DNA from: Salinarimonadaceae bacterium
Lineage (GTDB): Bacteria; Pseudomonadota; Alphaproteobacteria; Rhizobiales; Beijerinckiaceae
Direction of reading: 5' to 3'
Length of the DNA: 64,000 nucleotides
NCBI GenBank assembly: GCA_050485405.1
Contig: JBJHBI010000011.1
Location: 16,112 to 80,111, forward strand
This document shows, one piece after another, positions 10,074 to 20,260 of the stretch. A model generated the notes under the pieces. It saw only the letters and a program-made list of their open reading frames with translations, was not told where the DNA came from and searched no databases. Position 1 is the first letter of the stretch. Every line of letters begins with the position of its first letter. Made by a program: the position numbers and the translations under genes.

Positions 10074-11261
10074 TCAGACGCCCGCATACATCCGCCCGGG
10101 ATTGAAGATGCCGTCGGGATCGAAGCGGGCCTTGATGTCGCGGGAGATGCGCATCAGCGGCTCGGGCAGGGGCTCGAATACCTCGATCGCCGCGCGCAAT
10201 TCCTGTGGTGCGCGCATCAGCGTGGCGTGGCCGCCATGGGCGCGGGTCGCGGCGCGCACGCTCGCTGCCGCGTGGTCGTCCGACGGGGTGGCGATCCAGA
10301 TCAGCCCGCCGCCCCAGTCGAAATAATGGCGACCGGGAACCTGCGCGCGGATCGCTGCGGCGAGCGCGGGGCCGGCACCGGGACGCGTCGAAATCCGCCA
10401 GATCGCCTGATCGGACAGGCTGATCAGCGGCCCGCCGTCGCGCAGCCCGCGCCATAGCGCATCGCCGGCATCATGGGGCACGGTGGCGGGATCGCCGTAA
10501 TCGGCCAGCGTCTCGCGCAATTCACCGAGCCTGTAGGTTACCGAGGGTTTGAAGCCCTCGATCCGGATCAGCGTCTGCGCCGTCTGGTAGCCTTCGCCGA
10601 CCGGAATATGCGCCGCCCCCGTCACCTCGAAGGGCGAGCCGAGCGCCTCGGACAGAGCCGCGATCGCGCGCTCGTCGTCGAGGCCGGAATAAACCAGCGT
10701 AGCCGAGGTTTCGGGGATCGGCAGGACCTTGAAGATCACCTCGGTGAGGAGCCCCAGCGTACCCCAGGAGCCGCCCATCAGCTTCACCAGATCGAGCCCG
10801 GTGACGTTCTTCATCACGCGCCCGCCATTCTTGACGATCTCGCCATGGCCGTTGACGAAACGCACCCCGATCAGCGCATCGCGCGCGGCGCCCGCCATGA
10901 TCCGGCGCGGACCCGACAGGTTCGCCGCCGCGACGCCCCCGATGGTGGGCTCGCCCGTAGTGCCGAGCAGCGCCCGGTAATCCGGCGGCTCGAAGGGCAG
11001 GCGCTGGCCTTTCTCTGCGAGCGCCGCCTCGATCTCGGCAAGCGGCGTACCGGCCTTCGCCCCGATCACCAGCTCCGCCGGCTCATAGAGCGTGATGCCC
11101 TTCAGCTTGCGCGAGGTCAGCGTCGCCGCCGCCTGGACCGGTCGCCCGATCCCCGCCTTGGTATTCCCCCCGGCGAGGCTCAGCGGCATCCGGTCCGCCC
11201 GCGCCGCCGCCACGACATCGACCACGGCCTCCTCGCTGGCCGGTTCATGCACGCTGGTCAT
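10074..11261 (-). CDS. glcE: Glycolate oxidase FAD-binding subunit
   Basis: ORF 10074..11357. I place the start at ATG 11261 (MTSVHEPASEE) because the upstream 32 codons lie in a repeat element. It has an FAD-binding PCMH-type N-terminus (LSLAGGNTKAG). Confidence 0.85.
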   Translation of the reverse strand: MTSVHEPASEEAVVDVVAAARADRMPLSLAGGNTKAGIGRPVQAAATLTSRKLKGITLYEPAELVIGAKAGTPLAEIEAALAEKGQRLPFEPPDYRALLGTTGEPTIGGVAAANLSGPRRIMAGAARDALIGVRFVNGHGEIVKNGGRVMKNVTGLDLVKLMGGSWGTLGLLTEVIFKVLPIPETSATLVYSGLDDERAIAALSEALGSPFEVTGAAHIPVGEGYQTAQTLIRIEGFKPSVTYRLGELRETLADYGDPATVPHDAGDALWRGLRDGGPLISLSDQAIWRISTRPGAGPALAAAIRAQVPGRHYFDWGGGLIWIATPSDDHAAASVRAATRAHGGHATLMRAPQELRAAIEVFEPLPEPLMRISRDIKARFDPDGIFNPGRMYAGV

Positions 11262-11290
11262 GGCTGGCGCCCTTCCGGTTGAATTTGATT

Positions 11291-11435
11291 CGAGGGGGTG
11301 ATGCAGGGCAACTCCCCTCTCCCTCCGTGGAGAGGGGATGGGGGTGAGGACGCTCATGAAGGTCTGAGCACTCGATCATCAAGCGCCCGGGTTCCACCCT
11401 CACCCCCGGCCCCTCTCCGCAAGGGAGAGGGGAGG
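11291..11435. repeat. Nested-palindrome intergenic repeat, copy 1 in the glcD-glcE spacer
   Basis: The order is CGAGGGGGTGATGCAGGGCAA, hairpin CCCCTCTCC-N5-GGAGAGGGG, GGGGGTGAGG, a core of about 50 nt, CCCTCACCCCC, then hairpin CCCCTCTCC-N5-GGAGAGGGG. Confidence 0.8.
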
Positions 11436-11512
11436 CGTGCGGCTTTTCGCGCGCGCCTGATCCCAATACGTCGTTGCAGGCGGTCGATTCCCGAGGCGGA
11501 TATACGCGCAAC

Positions 11513-11646
11513 TGATCACGCAACGGCTCCCCTCTCCCTCCGCGGAGAGGGGACGGGGGTGAGGGGCGCTCATGAAGGTCTGAGCACTCGATCATCAACC
11601 GCTCCGGTTCCACCCTCACCCCCGGCCCCTCTCCGCAAAGGAGAGC
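11513..11646. repeat. Nested-palindrome intergenic repeat, copy 2 in the glcD-glcE spacer
   Basis: It has the same architecture as 11291-11435 and a near-identical core (CTCATGAAGGTCTGAGCACTCGATCATCAA). The right hairpin is partly decayed. Confidence 0.8.
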
Positions 11647-11669
11647 GAAAAAGTTCAGCACACCCACCG

Positions 11670-13103
11670 TCATGCCGCGTCCCGCCCTTCCAGCGGGAAG
11701 ACCTTGGCGGGGTTGAGGAGCCAGGCGGGGTCGAAGACGCCGCGCACGCGCAGTTGCTGGGCGAGGTCCTGCGCGTTGTACTGATGCGTCATCAGATCGC
11801 GCTTCTCGATCCCCACGCCATGCTCGCCGGTAAGGCAGCCGCCGACTTCGACGCAGAGTCTGAGAATGTCGGAGCCGGCATCCTCGGCCTTCTGCATGTC
11901 GCCGGGCTTGGCGGCATCGAACATCACCAGCGGATGCAGGTTGCCGTCGCCGGCATGGAAGACGTTGGCGACGCCGAGCCCGTAGGATTTCACGATCTCG
12001 TCGATGCGCTTGAGCACGTAGGGCAACTGGCCGGTGGGGATGGTGCCATCCATGCAGATGTAATCCGCGATGCGTCCGGTGGCGCCGAAGGCGGATTTGC
12101 GGCCCTTCCAGATCGCGGCGGATTCCGCCTCCGATTGGGCCACTTTCAGCGTCTGCGGAGAGAAATCCTCGGCGATGGCGACGATGCGGGCGAGCTGGTC
12201 CTCGATCTCCTCGTTCGAACCCTCGACCTCGACGATCAGCATCGCCTCCACATCGAGCGGATAGCCCGCCTTGGCGAAAGCCTCGCAGACCTGGATGGCC
12301 GGGCGGTCCATATATTCGAGCGCCACGGGGATGATCCCGGCGCCGATGATCGCCGCGACGCAGGCGCCGGCGGTCTCCGCCGAATCGAAGCCGATCAGGG
12401 CCGGGCGCGCGCCCTCGGCCTGCCGCAGGATGCGCACCGTCGCCTCGGTGACGATGCCGAGCTGGCCCTCGGAGCCGGTGATCAGGCCGAGCAGATCGTA
12501 GCCCGGCGCATCGAGATGCGCGCCGCCCAGTTCGACGACGGTGCCGTCGACGAGCACCATGGTGACGCCGAGCAGGTTGTTGGTGGTGACGCCGTATTTC
12601 AGGCAATGGGCGCCGCCGGAATTCATCGCGATATTGCCGGCAATCGTGCAGGCGAGCTGGCTCGAAGGGTCCGGCGCATAAAAGAACTGCTCATGCGCCA
12701 CCGCCCCGCTGATCGCGAGATTGGTGATGCCGGACTGCACTCGCGCATAGCGATCGGCGAAATTGATCTCGAGCACGTCGGCGAGCTTCGAGACGCCGAT
12801 CACCACCGCGTCTTCCTGCGGAATGGCCCCGCCCGCGAGCGAGGTGCCGGCGCCGCGCGCCACGATCTTCACCCCGTTCTCGTGGCAGAAGCGCATGACG
12901 TCCGAGACTTCCTGCGTCGAGCGCGGCAACACCACGGCGAGCGGCATCTTGCGATAGGAGGTGAGCGCGTCGGTGTCGTAGGCGCGCCGCTCGTCCTCCG
13001 AGGTCACGAGGCAGTCGGGGGGAACGAGCTCTGCGAGGCCCGCGATGATCTCGTCACGCCGCGAAAGAATCCCGGCATCGGGCGTGGGAAAGGCGATCGA
13101 CAT
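11670..13103 (-). CDS. glcD: Glycolate oxidase subunit GlcD (FAD-linked oxidase)
   Basis: 477 aa with an FAD-binding domain (VVLPRSTQEVSDVMRFCHENGVKIVARGAGTSLAGGAIP) and a GlcD-like C-terminus. Confidence 0.9.
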   Translation of the reverse strand: MSIAFPTPDAGILSRRDEIIAGLAELVPPDCLVTSEDERRAYDTDALTSYRKMPLAVVLPRSTQEVSDVMRFCHENGVKIVARGAGTSLAGGAIPQEDAVVIGVSKLADVLEINFADRYARVQSGITNLAISGAVAHEQFFYAPDPSSQLACTIAGNIAMNSGGAHCLKYGVTTNNLLGVTMVLVDGTVVELGGAHLDAPGYDLLGLITGSEGQLGIVTEATVRILRQAEGARPALIGFDSAETAGACVAAIIGAGIIPVALEYMDRPAIQVCEAFAKAGYPLDVEAMLIVEVEGSNEEIEDQLARIVAIAEDFSPQTLKVAQSEAESAAIWKGRKSAFGATGRIADYICMDGTIPTGQLPYVLKRIDEIVKSYGLGVANVFHAGDGNLHPLVMFDAAKPGDMQKAEDAGSDILRLCVEVGGCLTGEHGVGIEKRDLMTHQYNAQDLAQQLRVRGVFDPAWLLNPAKVFPLEGRDAA

Positions 13104-13196
13104 GGGTCCTCCCGTCCAACGGAACGTGCGTGTATTTTTCTTTGCAATATAGCGCGAATTCGCGGGCTGTGCAGATGACGTGATCGCGGTAGATTA

Positions 13197-13211
13197 TTTC
13201 CAATGCGGAAA
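13197..13211. promoter_or_regulatory. Candidate LysR-type box (T-N11-A inside TTTCC-N5-GGAAA)
   Basis: The inverted repeat TTTCCAATGCGGAAA lies in the glcD / lysR divergent region, 43 nt upstream of the LysR ATG. Confidence 0.3.
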
Positions 13212-13253
13212 AAATCGCCATGAGAAAAACTCGGGCATATCAGGGGGGGGGCG

Positions 13254-14159
13254 ATGGACCGGTTCGGTGATCTCGACATATTCGCGCGCGTCGTCTCGGC
13301 CGGAAGCATGTCCCAGGCCGGTCGCGATACCGGGCTTTCGCCGGCCGTGATCTCCAAGCGTATCCGCCGGCTGGAGGAGCGGCTCGGGGTGCGGCTGTTG
13401 CAGCGTACGACCCGCCAGCTCGCCCTGACCGAGGCGGGGCAGGGCTTTCACGAGCGCGTCGTCGGCATTCTCGCGGCGATCGAGGAGGCGGAAGCGGAGG
13501 CCGGGCAGGGGGCGGCGGAGGCGCGTGGGCTCTTGCGGATATCGGCACCGACCTCCTTCGGGCGCCTGCATATCGCGCCCTTCATGCAGCGTTTTCTCGA
13601 CGCCCACCCGGCCGTCAGCCTCGACATGACGCTGACCGACGCCTTCGTCGACATCGTCGGCGAGGGTTACGATCTCGCGATCCGCATCGCGGATCTCGGT
13701 GATTCGAGCCTGATCGCGCGGCGCCTCGCCCCCGCGCACCGGGTTTTGTGCGCCGCGCCTTCCTATGTGGAGCGCGCGGGCGCGCCGCAGGCTCTGAGCG
13801 AGCTCGCCGACCACGCGCTTCTGATTCATAACGGCTCGGAATGGCGGCTGGAGGGGCCGGAGGGGCCCGCGACCGTGCGGGTGACGAGCCGGATCCGGAC
13901 GAATTCGAGCGAGGTCGTGCGCGAGGCCGTGCTCGCCGGCGGCGGCATCGCGCTGCGCTCCACCTGGGATGTGGGACCGGAGCTGAAATCGGGAAATCTC
14001 GTGCGCATCCTGCCGGAATACGGCTCTTCCGCCCGGCTCGGCGTCTATGCGCTCTATCCCTCGCGGCGGCATGTCGAGCAGAAGCTGCGCGTCTTCGTGG
14101 AATTCCTGCAAGCGCTCTACGGCCCAACGCCGTACTGGGATGCGGGGCTCGATCTGTAG
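13254..14159 (+). CDS. LysR-family transcriptional regulator
   Basis: 301 aa with N-terminal HTH FARVVSAGSMSQAGRDTGLSPAVISKRIRRLEERLGVRLLQRTTR. It is divergent from glcD. Confidence 0.9.
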   Translation: MDRFGDLDIFARVVSAGSMSQAGRDTGLSPAVISKRIRRLEERLGVRLLQRTTRQLALTEAGQGFHERVVGILAAIEEAEAEAGQGAAEARGLLRISAPTSFGRLHIAPFMQRFLDAHPAVSLDMTLTDAFVDIVGEGYDLAIRIADLGDSSLIARRLAPAHRVLCAAPSYVERAGAPQALSELADHALLIHNGSEWRLEGPEGPATVRVTSRIRTNSSEVVREAVLAGGGIALRSTWDVGPELKSGNLVRILPEYGSSARLGVYALYPSRRHVEQKLRVFVEFLQALYGPTPYWDAGLDL

Positions 14160-14163
14160 ATGA

Positions 14164-15108
14164 TCAGTCGGCGAGCTTCTCGCCCGTCAGCTTCGGGCGC
14201 CAGCGCCGGTGCTGCCATAGCCATTGCTCGGGATTCTCGCGCAGCCAGCCTTCGACGACGCGCGTCATGGCCTGCATGGCGCCGGGCACGTCGATCTCAC
14301 CATTCGCGTCGCGCGGGAGATCGAGGGGCGGGGTCAGTTCGAGGCGAAAGCGCCGCCCTGGCAGACGCACCACGCGCACGCCGTGGACTGGGCATTCGAA
14401 GCGCTTGGCGAATTTCGCGAGGATCGGATTGGCGAGGGCGGGGCGTCCCATGAAATCGACGATCACGCCGCGGGTGAAATGCTGGTCGATCAGCATGCCG
14501 AGATGCCCGCCGCGCTCCAGCACGCCCTGCATGGCGAAGGCGGCGCCCTGCCGCGCGGCTTCGAGCCCGCCCATGGTCTGGCTGCGTACCTCGTGTACGG
14601 CCCGCGCGACGGCGACGGCGTTGGGCGCGCGGAACACCGCGGTGGCTTCGAGCCCGTAGCGCGCAGCGCAGATCGCCGGCAGTTCCCAATTGGCGAAATG
14701 GCCCGAGAAGATGATTCCCGGCTTGCCGTCGTCGCGCAGCGCCTCGAAATGATCGATACCGACGATCTCGACATTGCCGGCATTCGGATTGTCCGGGTCG
14801 AAATCGATCAGCTTGTCGAGATGGGCGTATTCGGCGCCGGTGCGGCCGAGATTGTCCCAGGCGAGCCGCGCGATTCGCTTCACTTCGTCATCGCCGATCC
14901 CGGGAAAGGCGCGGCGGATATTGTCTTTCGCGGTGCGATGGGCGGGGAAGAGAGGTCCCAGATTGCGGGCTATGAAGCCGCCGAGATCAGCCGAGCGCTC
15001 GGCGCCCAATGCGCGCGCGATCGCGAAGAGGATCCGGATACCGGTAGCGGCGAGCAGGTCGAGGCTGCGCGCGATGAAACGGGCAAGGCGGAGGCGCCAG
15101 GCGAACAC
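14164..15108 (-). CDS. Lipid A biosynthesis lauroyl/late acyltransferase family protein (LpxL/HtrB-like)
   Basis: 314 aa with a GTG start, an N-terminal membrane anchor and the HX4E-type motif GHFANWE. Confidence 0.75.
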   Translation of the reverse strand: MFAWRLRLARFIARSLDLLAATGIRILFAIARALGAERSADLGGFIARNLGPLFPAHRTAKDNIRRAFPGIGDDEVKRIARLAWDNLGRTGAEYAHLDKLIDFDPDNPNAGNVEIVGIDHFEALRDDGKPGIIFSGHFANWELPAICAARYGLEATAVFRAPNAVAVARAVHEVRSQTMGGLEAARQGAAFAMQGVLERGGHLGMLIDQHFTRGVIVDFMGRPALANPILAKFAKRFECPVHGVRVVRLPGRRFRLELTPPLDLPRDANGEIDVPGAMQAMTRVVEGWLRENPEQWLWQHRRWRPKLTGEKLAD

Positions 15109-15269
15109 GCTGTGACAATTCCCTGATGAGTGAGCGATGGATGCGGCACCGTCTGTTCACCATCATGGCCACCGGGTCAAGCCCGCCTCGGAGAAAGACG
15201 GGGGTCTTTTGCCGCAATCGGCACCGGAATGCTTGACATCAAGGGTGATCTCGCCACATCCCGTAGGTG

Positions 15270-16235
15270 ATGGATACCGCCTTGCCGCCCCTGTCGATTC
15301 TGCTTTGTGCCCCGCGTGGATTCTGCGCCGGCGTCGTGCGCGCGATCGATGCCGTGGAGAAGGCGCTGGCGATCCATGGTGCGCCGGTCTTTGTCCGCCA
15401 CGAGATCGTCCACAACAAGTATGTCGTCGAGAGCCTGCGCAAGAAGGGCGCGGTCTTCGTCAAGGAACTCCACGAGATCCCCGATGGCGATGCGCCGGTG
15501 ATCTTCTCGGCACACGGCGTGCCCAAATCCGTGCCCGAGGAGGCGATGCGCCGGCGCATGTTCGCCATCGACGCGACTTGCCCCCTCGTCACCAAGGTGC
15601 ATCGCGAGGCGTCGATCCACGCCAAACGCGGGCGCCACGTCCTGCTCGTCGGCCATGCCGGCCATCCCGAGGTGGTGGGCACGATGGGGCAATTGCCCGA
15701 GGGCGCGATCACGCTGGTCGAGACGCTCGATGACGTCGCCCGGCTCGATCCGCCCGATCCCGATAATCTCGCCTTCGTCACGCAGACGACGCTGTCCGTC
15801 GACGATACCGCCCAGATCGTCGAGGCTCTGCAGGCGCGCTTCCCCAAGATGGTCGCGCCGCACAAGGAAGACATCTGCTACGCCACCACCAACCGCCAGG
15901 AGGCGGTGAAGAAGGTGGCACCGATGGTCGATGCAATGATCGTCGTCGGCTCGCCCAATTCCTCCAACTCCCAGCGCCTGCGCGAGGTTGCCGAGCGCGC
16001 CGGCTGCCAGGTCGCGACGCTGGTCAATCGCGGCGCGGATATCGACTGGACGCGCTACGGCGCGATCGCGACGCTCGGCATCACGGCGGGCGCCTCCGCG
16101 CCGGAAGTGCTGGTGGAAGAGATCATCGACGCCTTCGCCGCGCGCTATGATGTCACCGTCGAGACGGTCACCACGACGGATGAGGACGTCTTCTTCCCGC
16201 TGCCGCGCGAGTTGCGCGGCGCTGCCGCGGAGTGA
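15270..16235 (+). CDS. ispH: 4-hydroxy-3-methylbut-2-enyl diphosphate reductase
   Basis: It begins [20 protein letters not shown]...HEIVHN and is full length. GTG 15267 is an alternative start. Confidence 0.9.
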   Translation: MDTALPPLSILLCAPRGFCAGVVRAIDAVEKALAIHGAPVFVRHEIVHNKYVVESLRKKGAVFVKELHEIPDGDAPVIFSAHGVPKSVPEEAMRRRMFAIDATCPLVTKVHREASIHAKRGRHVLLVGHAGHPEVVGTMGQLPEGAITLVETLDDVARLDPPDPDNLAFVTQTTLSVDDTAQIVEALQARFPKMVAPHKEDICYATTNRQEAVKKVAPMVDAMIVVGSPNSSNSQRLREVAERAGCQVATLVNRGADIDWTRYGAIATLGITAGASAPEVLVEEIIDAFAARYDVTVETVTTTDEDVFFPLPRELRGAAAE

Positions 16236-16238
16236 ACC

Positions 16239-17204
16239 GTGGCCGTCTATACGGAAGTCCCGGAAGACGCATTGTTCGCTTTCGTGGCGCAATACGATAT
16301 CGGCGAGGTGCTCGCCTTCAAGGGCATCGCCGAGGGCGTCGAGAATACCAATTACTACCTCCACACCTCGCAGGGCGACTTCATCCTCACGCTCTATGAA
16401 AAGCGTGTGCGTGAAGACGAATTGCCGTTCTTCCTCAATCTGATGGAGCATCTCGCCCGGCGCGGGCTCAATTGCCCGCAGCCGCTGCGCACGCGCGAGG
16501 GCGAGAAGCTCGGTCGGCTCGAGGGGCGTGCGGCGGCGATCTTCACCTTCCTCGAAGGCCTCGCCATCCGCCGGCCCAACGCGACCCATTGCGGCGCTCT
16601 CGGCGAAGCCCTCGCGAAGATGCACGAGGCCGGGGCTGATTTCGGGATGCGGCGTACGAACGCGCTCTCCGTAACGGGCTGGCCGCAACTCTTCGCCGCC
16701 GCCGAGGACCGGGCCGAGGAAGTCGCTCCCGGCCTGACCAAGCGCATCCGCGAGGAACTCGCCTTTCTCGAGCTGAACTGGCCGCGCGGCTTGCCCGAGG
16801 GCGTCATCCACGCGGATCTCTTTCCCGACAACGCCTTCTTCATCGGGGAGGAGGTGTCGGGCATCATCGATTTCTACTTCGCCTGCACCGATTATTTCGC
16901 CTACGACCTCGCCATCTGCCTGAACGCCTGGTGCTTCGAGGCCGATCACAGCTTCAACGTCACCAAGGCCAAGGCGATGCTCGCAGGCTATGAGCGGGTG
17001 CGCCGGCTGGAAGAGGCGGAGGCCGACGCATTGCCGATCCTGTGCCGTGGCTCGGCCCTGCGCTTCATGCTCACGCGCCTCGTCGACTGGCTGAACGTGC
17101 CCCCCGGCGCGTTGGTCAAGCCGAAGGATCCGCTGGAATACGACCGCAAACTCGGCTTCCACCGCCGCGTGGAAACGGCGCGCGATTACGGGCTCATCCG
17201 ATGA
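16239..17204 (+). CDS. thrB: Homoserine kinase, APH-fold (alphaproteobacterial type)
   Basis: 321 aa with a GTG start. The N-terminus AVYTEV...[14 protein letters not shown]...LTLYEK is typical of type II ThrB. Confidence 0.85.
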   Translation: MAVYTEVPEDALFAFVAQYDIGEVLAFKGIAEGVENTNYYLHTSQGDFILTLYEKRVREDELPFFLNLMEHLARRGLNCPQPLRTREGEKLGRLEGRAAAIFTFLEGLAIRRPNATHCGALGEALAKMHEAGADFGMRRTNALSVTGWPQLFAAAEDRAEEVAPGLTKRIREELAFLELNWPRGLPEGVIHADLFPDNAFFIGEEVSGIIDFYFACTDYFAYDLAICLNAWCFEADHSFNVTKAKAMLAGYERVRRLEEAEADALPILCRGSALRFMLTRLVDWLNVPPGALVKPKDPLEYDRKLGFHRRVETARDYGLIR

Positions 17205-17635
17205 ACCAGCGCGTCACGATCTATACGGACGGGGCCTGCAAGGGCAATCCGGGGCCCGGCGGCTGGGGCGCGCTGCTGATCTATAACGGCAACGAGCGCG
17301 AGCTGAAGGGCGGCGAGACGCTCACTACCAACAACCGCATGGAGCTGATGGCCGCGATCATGGCGCTGGAGACGCTCACGCGGCCCTGCACCGTCGAGCT
17401 CTTCACCGATTCCCAATATGTCCGCCAGGGCATCACCAGCTGGATGCATGGCTGGAAGGCGCGGGGCTGGAAGACGGCGGATCGCAAACCGGTCAAGAAC
17501 GAGGATCTGTGGCGGCGCCTCGACGAAGCGCGCAACCGCCACGACGTCTCATGGCACTGGGTCAAGGGCCATGCCGATGATCCGCTCAATCACCGCGTCG
17601 ATGCGCTCGCGAACGAGGGCATCCCGCCGCGCTAG
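17201..17635 (+). CDS. rnhA: Ribonuclease HI
   Basis: The start [23 protein letters not shown] overlaps the thrB stop (ATGA). TNNRMEL and HWVKGHAD motifs are present. Confidence 0.9.
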   Translation: MNQRVTIYTDGACKGNPGPGGWGALLIYNGNERELKGGETLTTNNRMELMAAIMALETLTRPCTVELFTDSQYVRQGITSWMHGWKARGWKTADRKPVKNEDLWRRLDEARNRHDVSWHWVKGHADDPLNHRVDALANEGIPPR

Positions 17636-17685
17636 AGCGCCATTCGACCTGACGGAGTCAGGCCGGCGCTCCAGTTATTGTGTGA

Positions 17686-17728
17686 CGCATCATTCCGTCA
17701 GCCGGTACCCACCTGACGGAATGATGCG
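17686..17728. terminator. 16-bp perfect inverted repeat between convergent rnhA and the thioesterase gene
   Basis: CGCATCATTCCGTCAG-11 nt-CTGACGGAATGATGCG with no T-run. A smaller hairpin CCTGAC-GGA-GTCAGG lies at 17648-17662. Confidence 0.4.
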
Positions 17729-17741
17729 CTGAGCTCCCGGA

Positions 17742-18188
17742 TCAGTATTCCGTCGTTTTCTTCGTGCGATAGCGGAACGTGCCCTCGCCGAATGCGACCA
17801 TGACGCCCTGCGCATCGAAGATCTCCGCCGAGGCGAAAAATGTGTTGCGCCCGCCGCCGCGCTTCTTGCCGATCGTGCGCAGCACGCCCTCGCGGGCCGG
17901 TGCCGTGAAGCTCGTCGTCAGGGAGAGCGTGGCGACGCCGCGCTGTTCGCCGGGCGTGTCCGTATAGGAGCCGCAGAAACCGCAGGCCGTGTCGATCAGG
18001 GCGGCGAGGACGCCCCCATGCACGACGCCGACGCGGTTGCGGTGCTGCTCGGCGATCTCCATTTCGAGTACGGCCTCGCCCTCGCGCCATTCGGCGAGGC
18101 GATAGGCCATTGCGCGCTGGAAACCCGCCGGTTTTTCGCCGGTCATGGCGAGCAGGCCGGGATCCTCGAATTCATCCATGGTCATCAT
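17742..18188 (-). CDS. PaaI-family (hotdog fold) thioesterase
   Basis: 148 aa from MMTMDEF. It carries the motif NRVGVVHGGVLAALIDTACG. Confidence 0.8.
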   Translation of the reverse strand: MMTMDEFEDPGLLAMTGEKPAGFQRAMAYRLAEWREGEAVLEMEIAEQHRNRVGVVHGGVLAALIDTACGFCGSYTDTPGEQRGVATLSLTTSFTAPAREGVLRTIGKKRGGGRNTFFASAEIFDAQGVMVAFGEGTFRYRTKKTTEY

Positions 18189-18226
18189 CGTTTCTTCTTC
18201 GTTGTGGATCTCGTCGCCGGCGCGGA

Positions 18227-18994
18227 TCAGGCGATGGTCACGCCGCCATCGACCGTGACGACGGTGCCCGTCATGAAGGCGGCGGCGGGGGAGGCGAGAA
18301 AGGCCGCGACGCCGGATATATCCTCCGGATCGCCGATACGACGCAAGGGGGTGGATTCCTCGCGCAGCGACCGGCGCTGCGGATCCTCCCAGAGCGCGCG
18401 GGCGAATTCGGTCTTGATCAGGCCCGGCGCGATGCAGTTGACGCGGATGTTCTGCGGGCCCCATTCCGCGCCGAGCTGGCGCGCGAGCGCGAAATCGGCG
18501 GCCTTGGAGATGCCGTAGGCGCCGATATTGTCGGAGGCGCGCAGGCCCGCGATCGAGGAGATGATGACGATGGCGCCGCCGTTCTTCGCGAGATGAGGCT
18601 GCGCGTCGCGGCAGAGCCAGAGATTGCTCTTGACGTTGGAATTCATCACCTTGTCGAAGGCGCCGTCGTCGATCTCGGCCAGTGGCCCGTAATACGGGTT
18701 CACCGCCGCGTTGCAGACGAGGATGTCGATGCCGCCGAGAGCCTCGACCGTGCCCGCGATCAGCGCGGTGACTTCCTCGCGCCGGGAGATGTTGCAGGGC
18801 AGGACGATCGCCTCGCCGCCGCGCGCGCGGATTTCCTCCGCGACCGGCTCGCAGGCCTCACGCTTGCGCGACGAGATCACCACCTTCGCGCCGAGATCGG
18901 CCATGGTCATGGCGATGGCGCGCCCGATCCCCTTGCTGGAACCGGTGATGATCGCGCGCTTGCCCGTGAGATCGAAGGGGTGTGGGGCGCTCAT
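18227..18994 (-). CDS. SDR-family oxidoreductase
   Basis: 255 aa from [12 protein letters not shown], with motifs [13 protein letters not shown] and YGISK. The start overlaps the upstream ACAD stop. Confidence 0.88.
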   Translation of the reverse strand: MSAPHPFDLTGKRAIITGSSKGIGRAIAMTMADLGAKVVISSRKREACEPVAEEIRARGGEAIVLPCNISRREEVTALIAGTVEALGGIDILVCNAAVNPYYGPLAEIDDGAFDKVMNSNVKSNLWLCRDAQPHLAKNGGAIVIISSIAGLRASDNIGAYGISKAADFALARQLGAEWGPQNIRVNCIAPGLIKTEFARALWEDPQRRSLREESTPLRRIGDPEDISGVAAFLASPAAAFMTGTVVTVDGGVTIA

Positions 18995-20244
18995 GCCGCG
19001 CCTCGCGGACGCTGCTGCATATGCTTCTTGAGTTCGAGCTTGGCCACCGTCTCGCGATGCACCTCGTCCGGTCCGTCGGCGAGGCGCAGGATGCGCGAGC
19101 GGGCATAGGCATAAGCGAGGTGGAAATCCTGGGCGACGCCGCCGCCGCCGCAGACCTGGATGGCGCGGTCGATCACCTTCTGCGCCATGTTGGGGCCGAC
19201 CACCTTGATCATGGCGATCTCGGCTCGCGCGGCCTTGTTGCCCACCGCATCCATCATCTTCGCCGCATGCAGCGTGAGCAGGCGCGCCTGATCGATCTCC
19301 ATGCGCGATTCCGCGATCCAGTGGCGGGTGACGCCGTGATCGGCAATGGCGCGCCCGAAGGTCTCGCGCGACAGGGCGCGTTTGATCATCGTCTCGAGCG
19401 CGCGCTCGGCCACACCGATGGCGCGCATGCAATGGTGGATCCGCCCCGGACCGAGGCGCCCCTGCGCGATCTCGAAGCCGCGCCCCTCGCCGAGCAGAAT
19501 GTTGGAGGCGGGGACGCGGACATTGTCGAAATTCACCTCGGCATGGCCGTGGGGCGCGTCGTCATAGCCGAACACGTTGAGCGCGCGCTCGACGATGACG
19601 CCGGGCGTGTCCATCGGCACGAGGATCATCGATTGCTGCTTGTGCTTCTCGGCATCGGGATCGGTCTTGCCCATCAGGATGGCGATCTTGCAGCGCGGAT
19701 CCATGGCGCCGGAGGTCCACCATTTGCGCCCGTTGATGACGTATTCGTCACCTTCTCGCTTGATCAGCGTGCGAATGTTGGTGGCGTCCGACGAGGCGAC
19801 GTCCGGCTCGGTCATGGCGAAACAGGAGCGGATTTCGCCTTCGAGCAGCGGTTCGAGCCAGGCCTTCTTCTGCTCGGGCGTGCCGTAGCGCGCGATCGTC
19901 TCCATATTGCCGGTATCGGGGGCCGAGCAGTTGAAGGGCTCGGGCCCGATCGGCGAACGGCCCATGACTTCGCAGATATGGGCGTATTCGTAATTGGTCA
20001 GGCTGTCGGGATATTCGCGCTTGGGCAGGAACAGGTTCCACAGGCCCTGCGCCTTCGCCTTCGCCTTGAGCTCTTCCATGATCGGCGGCTCGCTCCAGCG
20101 CGAGGGTCCGGCATTGAGCTGCTCCTCGAAGACGCTCTCCGCCGGATAGATATGCTCTTCCATGAAGGCGATGACGCGTTCGCGCAATTCTCGTGCGCGC
20201 GCCGAAAACAGCGCGTCTTCCATCATTCCCGATTCCCCCGACAT
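18991..20244 (-). CDS. Acyl-CoA dehydrogenase (FadE2/ACAD10-11-like)
   Basis: 417 aa with [16 protein letters not shown], the KWWTSGA motif and a C-terminal LADGPDEVH. Confidence 0.88.
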   Translation of the reverse strand: MSGESGMMEDALFSARARELRERVIAFMEEHIYPAESVFEEQLNAGPSRWSEPPIMEELKAKAKAQGLWNLFLPKREYPDSLTNYEYAHICEVMGRSPIGPEPFNCSAPDTGNMETIARYGTPEQKKAWLEPLLEGEIRSCFAMTEPDVASSDATNIRTLIKREGDEYVINGRKWWTSGAMDPRCKIAILMGKTDPDAEKHKQQSMILVPMDTPGVIVERALNVFGYDDAPHGHAEVNFDNVRVPASNILLGEGRGFEIAQGRLGPGRIHHCMRAIGVAERALETMIKRALSRETFGRAIADHGVTRHWIAESRMEIDQARLLTLHAAKMMDAVGNKAARAEIAMIKVVGPNMAQKVIDRAIQVCGGGGVAQDFHLAYAYARSRILRLADGPDEVHRETVAKLELKKHMQQRPRGAA

Positions 20245-20260
20245 GGATCCCCCGTCTTCG

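Noticed and set aside
11262-11357. An N-terminal extension of glcE back to 11357.
   Set aside because: The extra 32 codons (MSVLTPIPSPRRERGVALHHP...) fall inside the repeat element. The internal ATG at 11261 begins the conserved GlcE sequence.
13153-13164. The perfect palindrome CGCGAATTCGCG in the glcD/LysR intergenic region, considered as an operator.
   Set aside because: Short GC-rich palindromes around an EcoRI-like core are expected by chance in this composition. The TTTCC-N5-GGAAA repeat nearer the LysR start fits the T-N11-A rule better.
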